Positions 36,666 to 46,032 of a stretch of 64,000 nt of DNA are shown in pieces. Under the pieces are notes generated by a model. It was not told the origin of the DNA, did not search any database, and saw only the letters and a list, made by a program, of their open reading frames with translations. How positions within the stretch are numbered: the first letter of the stretch is position 1; the number at the start of each line of letters is the position of its first letter. Made by a program: the position numbers and the translations under genes. The stretch comes from a virus (lineage: Duplodnaviria > Caudoviricetes), in the IMG/VR virus record IMGVR_UViG_3300028888_000115, positions 1-64,000 of that record; one strand, 5' to 3'.

Positions 36666-36824
36666 TTGGTAGAACATGTCAGCTTGTTCAAGAGAATAAA
36701 GTGCCTTCTCGGATTCCATGAACCCATGAAGTTCACGACGGTAATACCGTACAGGAAGGAATTCAAGGAATTCCAGAAGTGCAGAAATTGCGGAAGACGG
36801 TTGGAACCGAAGGAGAAAACATGA
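36666..36824 (+). CDS. Small Zn-ribbon protein
   Basis: IKCLLGFHE...KCRNCG. Confidence 0.55.
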   Translation: MVEHVSLFKRIKCLLGFHEPMKFTTVIPYRKEFKEFQKCRNCGRRLEPKEKT

Positions 36825-36988
36825 ATATCCGAGACTGCGCCGGGTGCAAATTCTTTGTGAAGCACCACGGCAACAAAGACAAGCTTGGTGCACGGACGGT
36901 AAGCAATTATTGGTGCGCCAAGAAGAATGGCTTCATCCGTTCGTTTCCAAAGAAATGTCTGTTCAAGCCAAAGGAGGATCAAGCATGA
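36821..36988 (+). CDS. Small Cys-containing protein
   Basis: AAGGAG RBS; CAGCKF. Confidence 0.6.
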   Translation: MNIRDCAGCKFFVKHHGNKDKLGARTVSNYWCAKKNGFIRSFPKKCLFKPKEDQA

Positions 36989-37152
36989 GCGACTATGCGG
37001 TATCGAAGCTGATCACGGCTATGGGAATGTTTGTTCACGACCTGTGGGCGATACGCGGAGACACGGAAGGACCATACGACGAGACTGCCTACTATGATTT
37101 AGCGGCAGATATCACAAGAGGGTGCGATTTGCCACGGAGGGAAGAAACATGA
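36985..37152 (+). CDS. Small hypothetical protein
   Basis: AAGGAGG RBS. Confidence 0.6.
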   Translation: MSDYAVSKLITAMGMFVHDLWAIRGDTEGPYDETAYYDLAADITRGCDLPRREET

Positions 37153-37481
37153 ACGAACTGGACGACCTGATCCGGCAGAAGAAGGAACTGGAGCAGAGGA
37201 TCAAAGAACTGAAAAACAACGCGTCTGTCTGCGGACAAGTGAAGATTGACATGGAACACTATCCGACAGCAAAGCCGGACCGGTATTATCTGGCAGTATA
37301 CTACAAGCCGCTTGGAGACGGCAGGCCGAAGTGGCAGACCGTTTTTTCGGCAAATGACAGGCAGAAGGTAGTAGAGGTGATTCCTTCCATCATAGCGAAT
37401 CTCCAAGATCTGTATGACCGCAATAAGGGAGAGCCAAAGACAAAGGAAAACCCGTTCGGAACCGTCAAATGGAACCCATGA
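37149..37481 (+). CDS. Hypothetical protein
   Basis: GGAGG RBS. Confidence 0.65.
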   Translation: MNELDDLIRQKKELEQRIKELKNNASVCGQVKIDMEHYPTAKPDRYYLAVYYKPLGDGRPKWQTVFSANDRQKVVEVIPSIIANLQDLYDRNKGEPKTKENPFGTVKWNP

Positions 37482-37493
37482 AGGAGAAGCGCT

Positions 37494-37910
37494 ATGAGCA
37501 TCAGCAAGAAAACCAGAGAACAGGTTTATAAAAAATACAACGGGCGCTGCGCCTACTGCGGAAGGGAGATTGCCTACAAGGACATGCAGGTAGATCACTT
37601 CATTCCAAAAGACATGGAGTTCGTCTTCACGTCCGGAAACGTCCCGGGAATGGACAGCGTCGATGACATCGGAAATCTGATGCCGTCCTGCCGGAGCTGC
37701 AATCACTACAAGAGGGCAAACAGTCTGGAGATGTTTCGCCGGTGGATTGCGGAGATCCCGAGAAAGCTCAGAAACGACTACATCTACAAAATCGGTGTCA
37801 TCTATGGCAATATCATCGAAAATGAAAAGCCGATCAGATTTTACTTCGAGATGGAGGCGGAAAGAAAAGCCAAAGAGGAGGACAGCAATGAGCAAGCAAA
37901 CGATCTGTGA
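37494..37910 (+). CDS. HNH endonuclease
   Basis: RCAYCG..MQVDHFIP..NLMPSCRSCNHYK. Confidence 0.9.
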   Translation: MSISKKTREQVYKKYNGRCAYCGREIAYKDMQVDHFIPKDMEFVFTSGNVPGMDSVDDIGNLMPSCRSCNHYKRANSLEMFRRWIAEIPRKLRNDYIYKIGVIYGNIIENEKPIRFYFEMEAERKAKEEDSNEQANDL

Positions 37911-38103
37911 CCTGTGCAAGAAGCCCATCACATTTGACCAAGTGGAAAAGGCCAGACATTTCAGAATCAAGGAAAGGCATTTTCCATTCTTCTCATTCGA
38001 TGAATGGGCGGAAATAGACGCGCATGACGAATGTGTCAGAACGTTAATGGCTGCTTCGGTTGCTGGCGTTTACGACAGAGCTAAGGAAGGCAAGTCCGAA
38101 TGA
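37888..38103 (+). CDS. Small hypothetical protein
   Basis: GGAGG RBS; ICDLCK. Confidence 0.65.
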   Translation: MSKQTICDLCKKPITFDQVEKARHFRIKERHFPFFSFDEWAEIDAHDECVRTLMAASVAGVYDRAKEGKSE

Positions 38104-38369
38104 AACTGATGGAGATTCTTGGCGATACTCCGGTGCCGGTTATCACGGAACGCACATTCTATCCGGAGAGGATGAACCCGGAACTGGATGAAGAAGAGAT
38201 CCGGAACGGCATGCTTTTCGGATATTGCGCGTGGGACGGAAAAAACCTGAGGCCTCTGGATGGAGACAACTATAGTCTTGATCGCGAAGTCGAACGGTTT
38301 GAGTGGGATCAGGAAGGAAACTTGACGTATTGGACGAGATACGAATGGGAAGGAGGATCAGACACTTGA
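38100..38369 (+). CDS. Hypothetical protein
   Basis: FGYCAWDG..PLDGDNYSLD. Confidence 0.7.
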   Translation: MKLMEILGDTPVPVITERTFYPERMNPELDEEEIRNGMLFGYCAWDGKNLRPLDGDNYSLDREVERFEWDQEGNLTYWTRYEWEGGSDT

Positions 38370-38563
38370 TTGAGTGCGGATTGATGAAGACAGCATACTT
38401 TCTTGACAGTGACCTAAACATCTATACAACTCCGGTGACAAACAGACGCGAGGCAATCCAGATAGCCGAGCAGCACGGCCAAGAATTCATCGGATTTCTC
38501 ACACCGAACGAGGCCGCAAGCATCGTGGAAGAACGGTCCGGAAAAGATTCTACACACCGATAA
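38366..38563 (+). CDS. Small hypothetical protein
   Basis: AAGGAGG RBS plus TTG. Confidence 0.55.
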   Translation: MIECGLMKTAYFLDSDLNIYTTPVTNRREAIQIAEQHGQEFIGFLTPNEAASIVEERSGKDSTHR

Positions 38564-38584
38564 AAATGCACAAGAATATACACT

Positions 38585-38634
38585 AAAAATTGTACAGATT
38601 GTCAATTGCAAACAGCGGCCTGATATGGTAAAAT
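38585..38634 (+). promoter_or_regulatory. Conserved-box promoter P4
   Basis: AAAAATTGTACAGATTGTCAA-TTGCAA-17bp-TAAAAT, TGn; operator copies at 38672 and 38693. Confidence 0.78.
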
Positions 38635-38713
38635 TATCATGCTGGCGGGTGGCTTTTCTTTTTGACCGTCGAGTGCTGAAAAGCATTTGACGGATGCTTG
38701 AAAGGAGCTTCAT

Positions 38714-39052
38714 GTGATTGACTTTCGCGAGTACAAGGATGCGGTTCGCGCTGCGGTAAAGGCGGCAGACGAACAGGACAAGAACTGGAAGTGGAAGGTT
38801 GCGGCAATCAACAAGGACGAGGTCACAATCGGCTGGGGGTATCTGGACTATCTCGGCGAAACCAGAAAGTTCACACTGAAAGCGATTGAGCGGCAGGAGT
38901 CGCTGGAGATTGTCGGGGAGGACCCGAACGGTCTGTTTCGTGCGTATTCGTTCGTCGGAGATGACGAACTGTTCTGCGACGTGAAGACGATTGAAGAGGG
39001 AATTGCGAACGCGGTAAAGAATCTGGCTCGTGAGGCCAGAAACCGGTACTGA
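38714..39052 (+). CDS. Hypothetical protein
   Basis: AAAGGAG RBS; first gene after P4. Confidence 0.75.
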   Translation: MIDFREYKDAVRAAVKAADEQDKNWKWKVAAINKDEVTIGWGYLDYLGETRKFTLKAIERQESLEIVGEDPNGLFRAYSFVGDDELFCDVKTIEEGIANAVKNLAREARNRY

Positions 39053-39061
39053 GGAGGTGCT

Positions 39062-39304
39062 TTGATGAAGGAATTCTTCGTGAAGGGTACGGTCGCTTGG
39101 ACAGTCAGCTATGTGGCAGATGGCGAGAAAAGGTCGAAGGAAAGCAAAGCTGAGTTCGATCGGTTTGTGAAGGCCAAGAGCGCCGAGACCGCCAAAAAGG
39201 ATGTCACAGACCGAGTGATTGAACAGAGAAGCCGCCGAAGCGCGTTCGGGACAAAGAGCAATGTCAGGATCACAGAGATCGCCGTGTATGAGAGGGTGGC
39301 TTGA
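39062..39304 (+). CDS. Hypothetical protein
   Basis: GGAGGTG RBS. Confidence 0.7.
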   Translation: MMKEFFVKGTVAWTVSYVADGEKRSKESKAEFDRFVKAKSAETAKKDVTDRVIEQRSRRSAFGTKSNVRITEIAVYERVA

Positions 39305-40302
39305 TGCAAAACAAGATCCAGGACATCGTCCGATTCGCTACGGACTGCAAAACGGACGCGATGAGATGGAACCTGCCGGACGAATTGCAGGACGAATATC
39401 CGTGGCCGTTTATTGAAAAAGTGACGACATGGATTGAGAAGTACGTGAGCGCGTCTGGCGGAGAAAAGGCCGACCAGACTGAGGTTGGAAATCATGTGCA
39501 GTCCATGTACATCGCGTATCACTGGTGCAAGTTCAAGAAGATCTATTCGATGAACAGCACATTTGCCCGGTATCTGGCCGAAACAGAAGATGCACCAATC
39601 TCCGTGAGCATTATCAGGAGGTTGCCTTTCAGGAGCTTTGCTCTGACGTTTGACGATGACAAGAAAATAATCGATCTGTTCCCGCAGGTTTTCAGCAGCG
39701 TGGAATGCCTGCTGGTGACTGTCGGCATTGAGGCCGAAACAGATGTTTATATCAGCATTGCGCTTGTTGGAACGTCTGCGAGAGGAAAGAGAATCGTTGC
39801 AACCGGGATCACATCCCTGAAGGATGGAGATTGCTACGAGACTGCGCTTCGTGACGGGGATAAGATTCTCTATACGGGGAGTCTGGAAGAAGCTCGGATG
39901 GAATGGAGGCCGGTGTACCGCCTCGCTCTGAATGCATGTCAGTACTTTTGTGCGTCCAATGCAGAAGTCCGAGATGTAAAGATCTCGAAAAACAAGAAGC
40001 CGAAAGTGATGGTCAACGGGAAAGAAAAGCCGGTTGCGGTCAGCATGTCAGAGGTTGGCTTCAGAATCGGGAAACGCTTCGAGGCGATGTATGCGCAGAG
40101 AGGAGAACCGGAGCAGCGCAGTGACGAGAGGTCATGGACACCAAAGCGCCCACACGTCAGGCGAGCGCACTGGCACCACTACTGGACGGGCCCGGGAAGA
40201 ACGGTGCTGGAGCTGCGGTGGTTAGAGCCGGTATTTGTGATGGGCGATTCGGACAGGGTTGACGCCGTGGTCCACGAGGTCGGAAGAGAAAATGCGAGCT
40301 GA
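39304..40302 (+). CDS. AcrVA2/FinQ-like protein
   Basis: W.KFKKIY, RRLPF, VGFRIG, KRPHVRRAHWHHYWTG..ELRWLEPVFV; 333 aa. Confidence 0.7.
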   Translation: MQNKIQDIVRFATDCKTDAMRWNLPDELQDEYPWPFIEKVTTWIEKYVSASGGEKADQTEVGNHVQSMYIAYHWCKFKKIYSMNSTFARYLAETEDAPISVSIIRRLPFRSFALTFDDDKKIIDLFPQVFSSVECLLVTVGIEAETDVYISIALVGTSARGKRIVATGITSLKDGDCYETALRDGDKILYTGSLEEARMEWRPVYRLALNACQYFCASNAEVRDVKISKNKKPKVMVNGKEKPVAVSMSEVGFRIGKRFEAMYAQRGEPEQRSDERSWTPKRPHVRRAHWHHYWTGPGRTVLELRWLEPVFVMGDSDRVDAVVHEVGRENAS

Positions 40303-40313
40303 GAGGAAAACAG

Positions 40314-40556
40314 ATGGCAAGAAAACAACCGGAGACGATCAAGGAAAAATTCGCCTCCATGCGGATCGGACGGTATAAATCCGAGGTGAAGGTCTGGCAG
40401 TATTATTCGATCTTCAACTTCTGCCGGACTGCCGGAATCGACCGCGAAGAGTCGGACCGCGTGGCAAAGTGGTGCAGAGATGCCGCAAGCGTCGGAAGTG
40501 AGTATATCACGCCGGAACTGTCCATTCGGATTGTAGAGAAAGAAATCATCATATGA
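40314..40556 (+). CDS. Hypothetical protein
   Basis: GAGG RBS. Confidence 0.65.
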   Translation: MARKQPETIKEKFASMRIGRYKSEVKVWQYYSIFNFCRTAGIDREESDRVAKWCRDAASVGSEYITPELSIRIVEKEIII

Positions 40557-40587
40557 TTAAAGATATTTTTGATAAGGGGGTGATCAG

Positions 40588-41448
40588 GTGAACAAATTCG
40601 ATTCGCTGGGCGATAGGATGAAAGGGTACGAAAACGTACAGAGATACTATCTCACGCGCCGCGTTCCGGTTATTGTTCGCCTTTAGCTTGACGGAAAAGC
40701 GTTCCATTCCTTCACGAAAGGAATGCAGAAGCCTTTTGACCGGTTCTTGATGACTGTGATGCAGGAAACGATGCTGAGCCTGTGCAAAGAAATTCAGGGC
40801 TGCGTGTTCGGGTACACCCAGTCGGATGAGATAACGCTGGTGCTGACAGACTATAAGACCATCAAGACGGATGCGTGGTTTGGCTATAACATCCAGAAAA
40901 TGGCAAGCGTGTCCGCGTCAATCGCGACATTGGAGTTCAACCGGATCTTCCGAGAAAAAAGTAATTATGTCAAGGCAGCGGCTTTTTTGGAAGGGAAAAA
41001 GGATGAATCCGGGGTGCTGAATCCGGAAGACGGTCTTGTGAGACGGGCAATGCTTCTGGCTTCAAAGTATAACAAGGCCTTGTTCGATTCCAGATGCTTC
41101 TCGGTCCCGGAAGATGAGGTGTGCAACTGCCTGATCTGGCGGCAGCAGGACGCCACTCGGAACAGCATTGAAGCTGCGGGGCAGGCAAACTTCTCGCACT
41201 CCGAACTGCACGGGAAAAGCTGCAACGAGATCCAAGACATGCTCTTCACAAAGAAGGGAATCAACTGGAACGACTATCCGACAGACTTCAAACGCGGAGC
41301 GGCGTGCTATCGTGTGAATACGACAGTGGAGATGCCTGACCGCATGACTCCTGGACATAATATTGAGGTGACACGCCGCATCTGGACGGTGGACTGCGAG
41401 ATCCCGGTGTTCTCACAAGACCGAGATTTCGTTGAAAAGTGGCTGTGA
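40588..41448 (+). pseudogene. thg1: tRNA-His guanylyltransferase (Thg1-like) with in-frame TAG at 40684-86
   Basis: DSLGDRMKGYE...PVIVRL*LDGKAFHSFTK; YTQSDEITL; LFDSRCF; WRQQDATRNSI; ORF track only captured the part from 40723. Confidence 0.8.
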
Positions 41449-41459
41449 GGGGATAACAA

Positions 41460-42146
41460 ATGAGTTTTTGGACCTATATCCGAGGCATGATCACGGTTGA
41501 ACCGATGGGCCGCACACAGGCCGAGAAGCGGTATATTCTGGATACTGTCCTTGAGCACCTTCCGAGAGTCACCGGATCAGAAAAAGACATGCATATTCAT
41601 GTTATCCAGAGAGCAGGGCATGACATGTCATGCAGCAGTGATGAGTTCGGCATGCACACGAACAACCTGATCGGGTATTTAGGAGATTATGATAGCCGAA
41701 CGAGAAGAGGATCGCTTCAGATCCAGACGCAGTACTTTCTTGTTTTGGAAGCGGATCTCAGGGACCGAGTATTTGAAGAGACGAAGAAAGAGTTTCTCAA
41801 GTGGCTGGTGCGTCTGGCTAAGAGAGTTTACGTATCCGACGTTTTTGTCGAGATTCGCAGCGATTATCCCGAAAGAGAGTGGGTGATCAGAGATCACTGG
41901 AATTTCGGCGATCTGTGTGAGGCACCGTCTTGGTCACTGGATGACAAAGAACTTTCTGATCCGAATTACACGGGCCCAAACTGGTGCGAGTTCATGATGT
42001 GGGATTATGGGCATGAAAGCGATATGCCGATGCTCCTGCTACACAAATACTTCAAGGATGAAGTCAACGATGCTGAGGTGGAGCACCGCAGAAACCATGG
42101 AGGGCGTCACTGGACCAGACAGGAAAAATGGGGAGACCCAAAGTGA
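41460..42146 (+). CDS. Conserved phage hypothetical protein
   Basis: MSFWTYIRGMITV..LPRVTGSE. Confidence 0.75.
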   Translation: MSFWTYIRGMITVEPMGRTQAEKRYILDTVLEHLPRVTGSEKDMHIHVIQRAGHDMSCSSDEFGMHTNNLIGYLGDYDSRTRRGSLQIQTQYFLVLEADLRDRVFEETKKEFLKWLVRLAKRVYVSDVFVEIRSDYPEREWVIRDHWNFGDLCEAPSWSLDDKELSDPNYTGPNWCEFMMWDYGHESDMPMLLLHKYFKDEVNDAEVEHRRNHGGRHWTRQEKWGDPK

Positions 42147-42670
42147 GCAAAAGCATGGATAAAAGAAAAAGCAAATGTCGGACATGCATTCATAACGGTG
42201 AAAGAGGCTGGGATGGTCGGTGCTTCGACTGTGTGTATCCAGATTCCATAGATGGAAAACAATACGAATTGTATGAGCCGATCTTTGAACTCTCCAAGGA
42301 ACACAGATGTGACTATTGCAACGGCCTTATTGGGGAGGACGGTGTGTGCCAAAGGTGCGGTGCAGAATTCAGTGTTACGCGGCTCCCAAAGGCTGATGGA
42401 AGCTATGTGCCGGTTGGTGTTATTCAAGAAAAAGAAAGCCAAGCGTTCGTGCTTGGCGGCACCGTCGTTGTGACTGAGGATCAAGCAAAAGTTTTTAAGG
42501 ACAGTGCAGAAAACTATGCAAGGCAGCACATCACAAGGATGATTGCGGAAAAAATTGCTCAGGAAGAGCTTATTGAGCTTGTGAAGAGAGAGTTCCCGGA
42601 TGTTGGGAGGACGTTTTACACAGGACGCCTCCGTGTACTACGCCCGGAGTTCAAATTTGGAGAGAATTAA
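42128..42670 (+). CDS. Hypothetical protein with CxxC motifs
   Basis: ORF track; operon fit. Confidence 0.6.
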   Translation: MGRPKVSKSMDKRKSKCRTCIHNGERGWDGRCFDCVYPDSIDGKQYELYEPIFELSKEHRCDYCNGLIGEDGVCQRCGAEFSVTRLPKADGSYVPVGVIQEKESQAFVLGGTVVVTEDQAKVFKDSAENYARQHITRMIAEKIAQEELIELVKREFPDVGRTFYTGRLRVLRPEFKFGEN

Positions 42671-42673
42671 AAG

Positions 42674-43315
42674 ATGCTGGAAGAACTTGTGAACAATGCG
42701 GTATATCGGGCGTGCAGAGAAGTTTACGAGGATGCTCCAAAGATCCGCATCAAAGGGGAAAAGTATCCGCCAGACCCGTTGGAGGGCTTCTACTACAATG
42801 CGGGATACCACACACGGTTTGATTTTCTCCCTGGAGTAGACGGAAGGTCTGGACTTTGGAAAAAAGGCAGTCTGTTCCGTAAAGCGTGGCTGTACTTCAA
42901 TGACAACGGCGACAAAATATTCCTTGGTTATGTTCGGGACCGATTTGACGGCGACCTGAAAGCCGGGATGATCCAGATGACAAACTACAACAGTCTGAGA
43001 GACGATTACATCAAATACTTCGGCGAGCGAAGGAGGAAACACTTGGAACAGGAACAGAAAGCGCTCGAAGCGGCTGGCGCTGCGCTGAGCGTAAGAAAGA
43101 GAACTCCGCAGAGTCACGGAGGTGTTGCAAATCTTCTGAAGGTTCTGACAAAGACCATGACGGAACAGGGCAGCAGCATTCAGACCATCGCGAAAGTACA
43201 GTACGCGGTTTGCATTCAGGCGGGAATTGCCCTTCCAACTGACTTCCTGACTGACGTGATCGTGGCCGAGGAGATTATCAATGAAGAATGGGGTCACCAA
43301 GAAGACAAGATTTGA
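42674..43315 (+). CDS. Hypothetical protein
   Basis: ORF track; operon fit. Confidence 0.65.
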   Translation: MLEELVNNAVYRACREVYEDAPKIRIKGEKYPPDPLEGFYYNAGYHTRFDFLPGVDGRSGLWKKGSLFRKAWLYFNDNGDKIFLGYVRDRFDGDLKAGMIQMTNYNSLRDDYIKYFGERRRKHLEQEQKALEAAGAALSVRKRTPQSHGGVANLLKVLTKTMTEQGSSIQTIAKVQYAVCIQAGIALPTDFLTDVIVAEEIINEEWGHQEDKI

Positions 43316-43339
43316 ATAGAACGGAAAGGGGAAAAGAAC

Positions 43340-43585
43340 GTGAAGAAATGGATCAATGAAAACAAGCAGGAGATCGTTGGCGGTATTGTTGTACTTGCGG
43401 TGCTTCTGAGCATTATCTTGGGCATTGCAAAGTCGTTCGGTGCAAGTTTGCTCCAGGAAACCGAACCGCTTTCGCCAATATTCATTGTGTTTTGCGTGTG
43501 GGTTGCATGGTTTCTGTTCAAGCTGGCCTTTGAAACGGTCAGGATGGTCAATCAGACGCGCGACAAAAAGACGGATGACAAGTGA
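43340..43585 (+). CDS. Small two-TM membrane protein
   Basis: Two hydrophobic segments. Confidence 0.65.
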   Translation: MKKWINENKQEIVGGIVVLAVLLSIILGIAKSFGASLLQETEPLSPIFIVFCVWVAWFLFKLAFETVRMVNQTRDKKTDDK

Positions 43586-43899
43586 TGAAAGAGTTTGTTT
43601 CTAAAGACGAGGCAAAGAGCGCTCTGTCGGCAGCGTTCGCTTTCCATAGCTACGCCGGTCCTACGGCGTGCGCTGTGATTGACAGGTTACCTCCTGCGGA
43701 CGTGGAAGAAAAGCGGCGGTGGCACGATCTGAGGAGCGATCCTGATGACCTTCCGGAAAAACAGGGAACCTATCTGATCGTCACCAATCAGGGCAAAGTC
43801 GTTTCTGCCACTTATGCGCCGAATTTCAAGAAATTCAACGGATCTGCTGGAAAGAGCGCGACCCATTGGCAGAACACGCCGGAGCCGCCGAAGGAGTAA
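43582..43899 (+). CDS. DUF551-like protein
   Basis: IDRLPPADV..WHDLRSDPDDLP..THWQNTPEPP. Confidence 0.65.
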   Translation: MMKEFVSKDEAKSALSAAFAFHSYAGPTACAVIDRLPPADVEEKRRWHDLRSDPDDLPEKQGTYLIVTNQGKVVSATYAPNFKKFNGSAGKSATHWQNTPEPPKE

Positions 43900-44151
43900 C
43901 TTGAGCATGGAGAAGCAGGAAACGTCAGAGACCAATAGCTGGGTGTATGTCGGAAAGGACGGACTGTACGAGGTAGGAACCGTCTTTGAGGCGGCAGGCG
44001 GAAACGACCCTGTCGGAGATGGATTCTACCTTAAAACGAGGCCGCACGCGTGCTCTATGGCTGGATGCGCTGCCTGCGGAAACCGCCTTTGTCCGATTTT
44101 GTGCATAACGAAATCTTGAGAATCAAAAAGAACAGATGGAGGAGACGGAGC

Positions 44152-44412
44152 ATGAAGAAGTTTGCGATGGTACTTTTTGTGCTGATTGTGTCTGTTTTTC
44201 TTGTCGGGTGCGGCAGTAACAGACAGTGGTTTGACACGACCTACGAATTCGACTACGCCATGATCAGGCTCCCGGACGGCAAGGTTGTGGAAGGAACTGT
44301 GGAGACGTGGAGAGACTTTGATGACGGAGATCAGCTTCAAGTCCGGATAAACGGAACGACTTATCTGACACATTCCTGCAATGTTGTTCTGGAAGCGAGG
44401 AACGGCGGATGA
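44152..44412 (+). CDS. Phage lipoprotein
   Basis: Signal peptide with lipobox LVGC; FDTTYEFDYAMIRLPDG. Confidence 0.75.
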   Translation: MKKFAMVLFVLIVSVFLVGCGSNRQWFDTTYEFDYAMIRLPDGKVVEGTVETWRDFDDGDQLQVRINGTTYLTHSCNVVLEARNGG

Positions 44413-44618
44413 CTGGACTGAGGCCTGGAGACAAGGTACGCATGACCGACAAGTACTTTGAAGGCGAACAGCACGCCGGGAAGGTCTGGAAAGTTCGGTC
44501 GTGGCCGTGGACCACCTGCGGAGAGGAAGTTGTACTTCTGGAAGGTTTCACAGGCGGATACGCCGTGGATGGGTTGGAACTGGTAGAGAGAAGCAGCGAG
44601 GAGGTTTTCGGACCATGA
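44409..44618 (+). CDS. Small SH3-like hypothetical protein
   Basis: LRPGDKVRM..VVLLEGFTGGYAVDGL. Confidence 0.65.
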   Translation: MTGLRPGDKVRMTDKYFEGEQHAGKVWKVRSWPWTTCGEEVVLLEGFTGGYAVDGLELVERSSEEVFGP

Positions 44619-44938
44619 CAACGACAGAACTGATTGCATTGTTGAAAAAGAACGAGTTCGGCGGAGCAACCGGCAGACCGAGAGAAATCTCTTTCAGATT
44701 TCGCGACATGCTGATAGCGGACCCGGATATCGAGGTTGTTGGCACCGGTGACGGACTCATCACGGACATTGAGCTGGAACTGGTACAGGAAGACAACAGC
44801 AGAATCTATTTCAGCGACGGAGAAGAATACGAAGACCTCCTGATGAGATACAAGGCCCTTGGAACGCCAGAAGAAATTGAGGCCGTTATCGACAAGCGGC
44901 TGATAGAGATTGCGGAAGATCAAAGGCGGGAAGTGTGA
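44615..44938 (+). CDS. Hypothetical protein
   Basis: GGAGG RBS. Confidence 0.65.
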   Translation: MTTTELIALLKKNEFGGATGRPREISFRFRDMLIADPDIEVVGTGDGLITDIELELVQEDNSRIYFSDGEEYEDLLMRYKALGTPEEIEAVIDKRLIEIAEDQRREV

Positions 44939-45441
44939 TGGCCGATAAACCGAAACTCTTTGTCATGTGCGGCATGAGCGGCAGCGGGAAAACGACGTTC
45001 GCAAAGCGATTTTGCGAAACGAGGGAACTCAGATACCTCAATCCGGATCAGTTCTACGAACTGTTCAACGGAGACGAGCGAAACCACAGCAATGAGTTTG
45101 ATGTCTGGATGGCAGTTTATCGGGCCTTGCATATTGCCGAGCAGGAGAAAGTCGATACAATCCTTGACACAAACTGTCCGTCCTTCTCTGGACGAAACCA
45201 ACTGATCGAATTCTTCCCGGACTTTGACCATCACCTCATCGTGATACAGGCGGATCTGGACCTTTGCCTGAAAAACAATGCCAAGAGATACAGGCAGATA
45301 CCGGAAAACGAGATGCGGCGAATGTGGACCGCCTTCCAGTATCCGGAGATCAGCGAGTGGAAATACTGGAAGAGCATGATCTGGTACCGCAACATGAACA
45401 ACCAAGGCTTCCAGCAGATGCACATGATCAGGCATATATAA
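44938..45441 (+). CDS. P-loop kinase, polynucleotide-kinase-like (AAA_33)
   Basis: LFVMCGMSGSGKTTFA, NPD, ILDTN, CLKNNAKRYRQIP..P..SE. Confidence 0.85.
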   Translation: MADKPKLFVMCGMSGSGKTTFAKRFCETRELRYLNPDQFYELFNGDERNHSNEFDVWMAVYRALHIAEQEKVDTILDTNCPSFSGRNQLIEFFPDFDHHLIVIQADLDLCLKNNAKRYRQIPENEMRRMWTAFQYPEISEWKYWKSMIWYRNMNNQGFQQMHMIRHI

Positions 45442-45480
45442 GCCCCGTCATACTGTAAATTTTATATAGTTTTAGGCACT

Positions 45481-45530
45481 AATATTTGTACATATTGTCA
45501 ATTGAAAATCCGGATGCTTTTTGGTATACT
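45481..45530 (+). promoter_or_regulatory. Conserved-box promoter P5
   Basis: AATATTTGTACATATTGTCAA-TTGAAA-17bp-TATACT, TGn. Confidence 0.78.
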
Positions 45531-45592
45531 GTAGATGCTGAGAGGGGAGCTAACGGGTTGTTCCCGCTGCGGCGGGAGGAAGGAGATTGACA

Positions 45593-45958
45593 ATGGCGAA
45601 AGCTGCAAATCATTCATTCAAGGTCGGCGACATTCTGGCTTCTTCTTGGGGCTATGAACAGACGAACATCAGCCTGTATCAGGTTGTGGCCTTGAACGGC
45701 GCTTCGATGGTGACGGTCAAGCCGTGCCGTCTTCCGGTCAACAAGGTCCACGCGGTAAGCGGAATGTCTGAGGACATCTCTTTCAAGCTCCCGATGCCGG
45801 GAACAATTGTGGCGGATGAGAAGGCGAAGCCGATTCGCCGGAAGGTCAAGAACTACTATCAAGACAACAGGCCAGAGGGCGATCTGATTGAGATTTCGAG
45901 CTACGAGGACGCTCACCACTACAACGGCGAGAAGATGTATCGAAGCTGGTATGCATGA
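45593..45958 (+). CDS. Conserved phage hypothetical protein
   Basis: FKVGDILASSWGYEQTNISLYQVV. Confidence 0.75.
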   Translation: MAKAANHSFKVGDILASSWGYEQTNISLYQVVALNGASMVTVKPCRLPVNKVHAVSGMSEDISFKLPMPGTIVADEKAKPIRRKVKNYYQDNRPEGDLIEISSYEDAHHYNGEKMYRSWYA

Positions 45959-46032
45959 CGGCGAAAGCCGCTTTTCTTCTGCTGGGAAGATGCTTTGAAG
46001 CGTTCAAAAGATGATGAACGGAGGGGGATACG

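Noticed and set aside
43907-44140. CDS between 43899 and 44152
   Set aside because: Two competing frames, neither with a convincing RBS or motif; left uncalled
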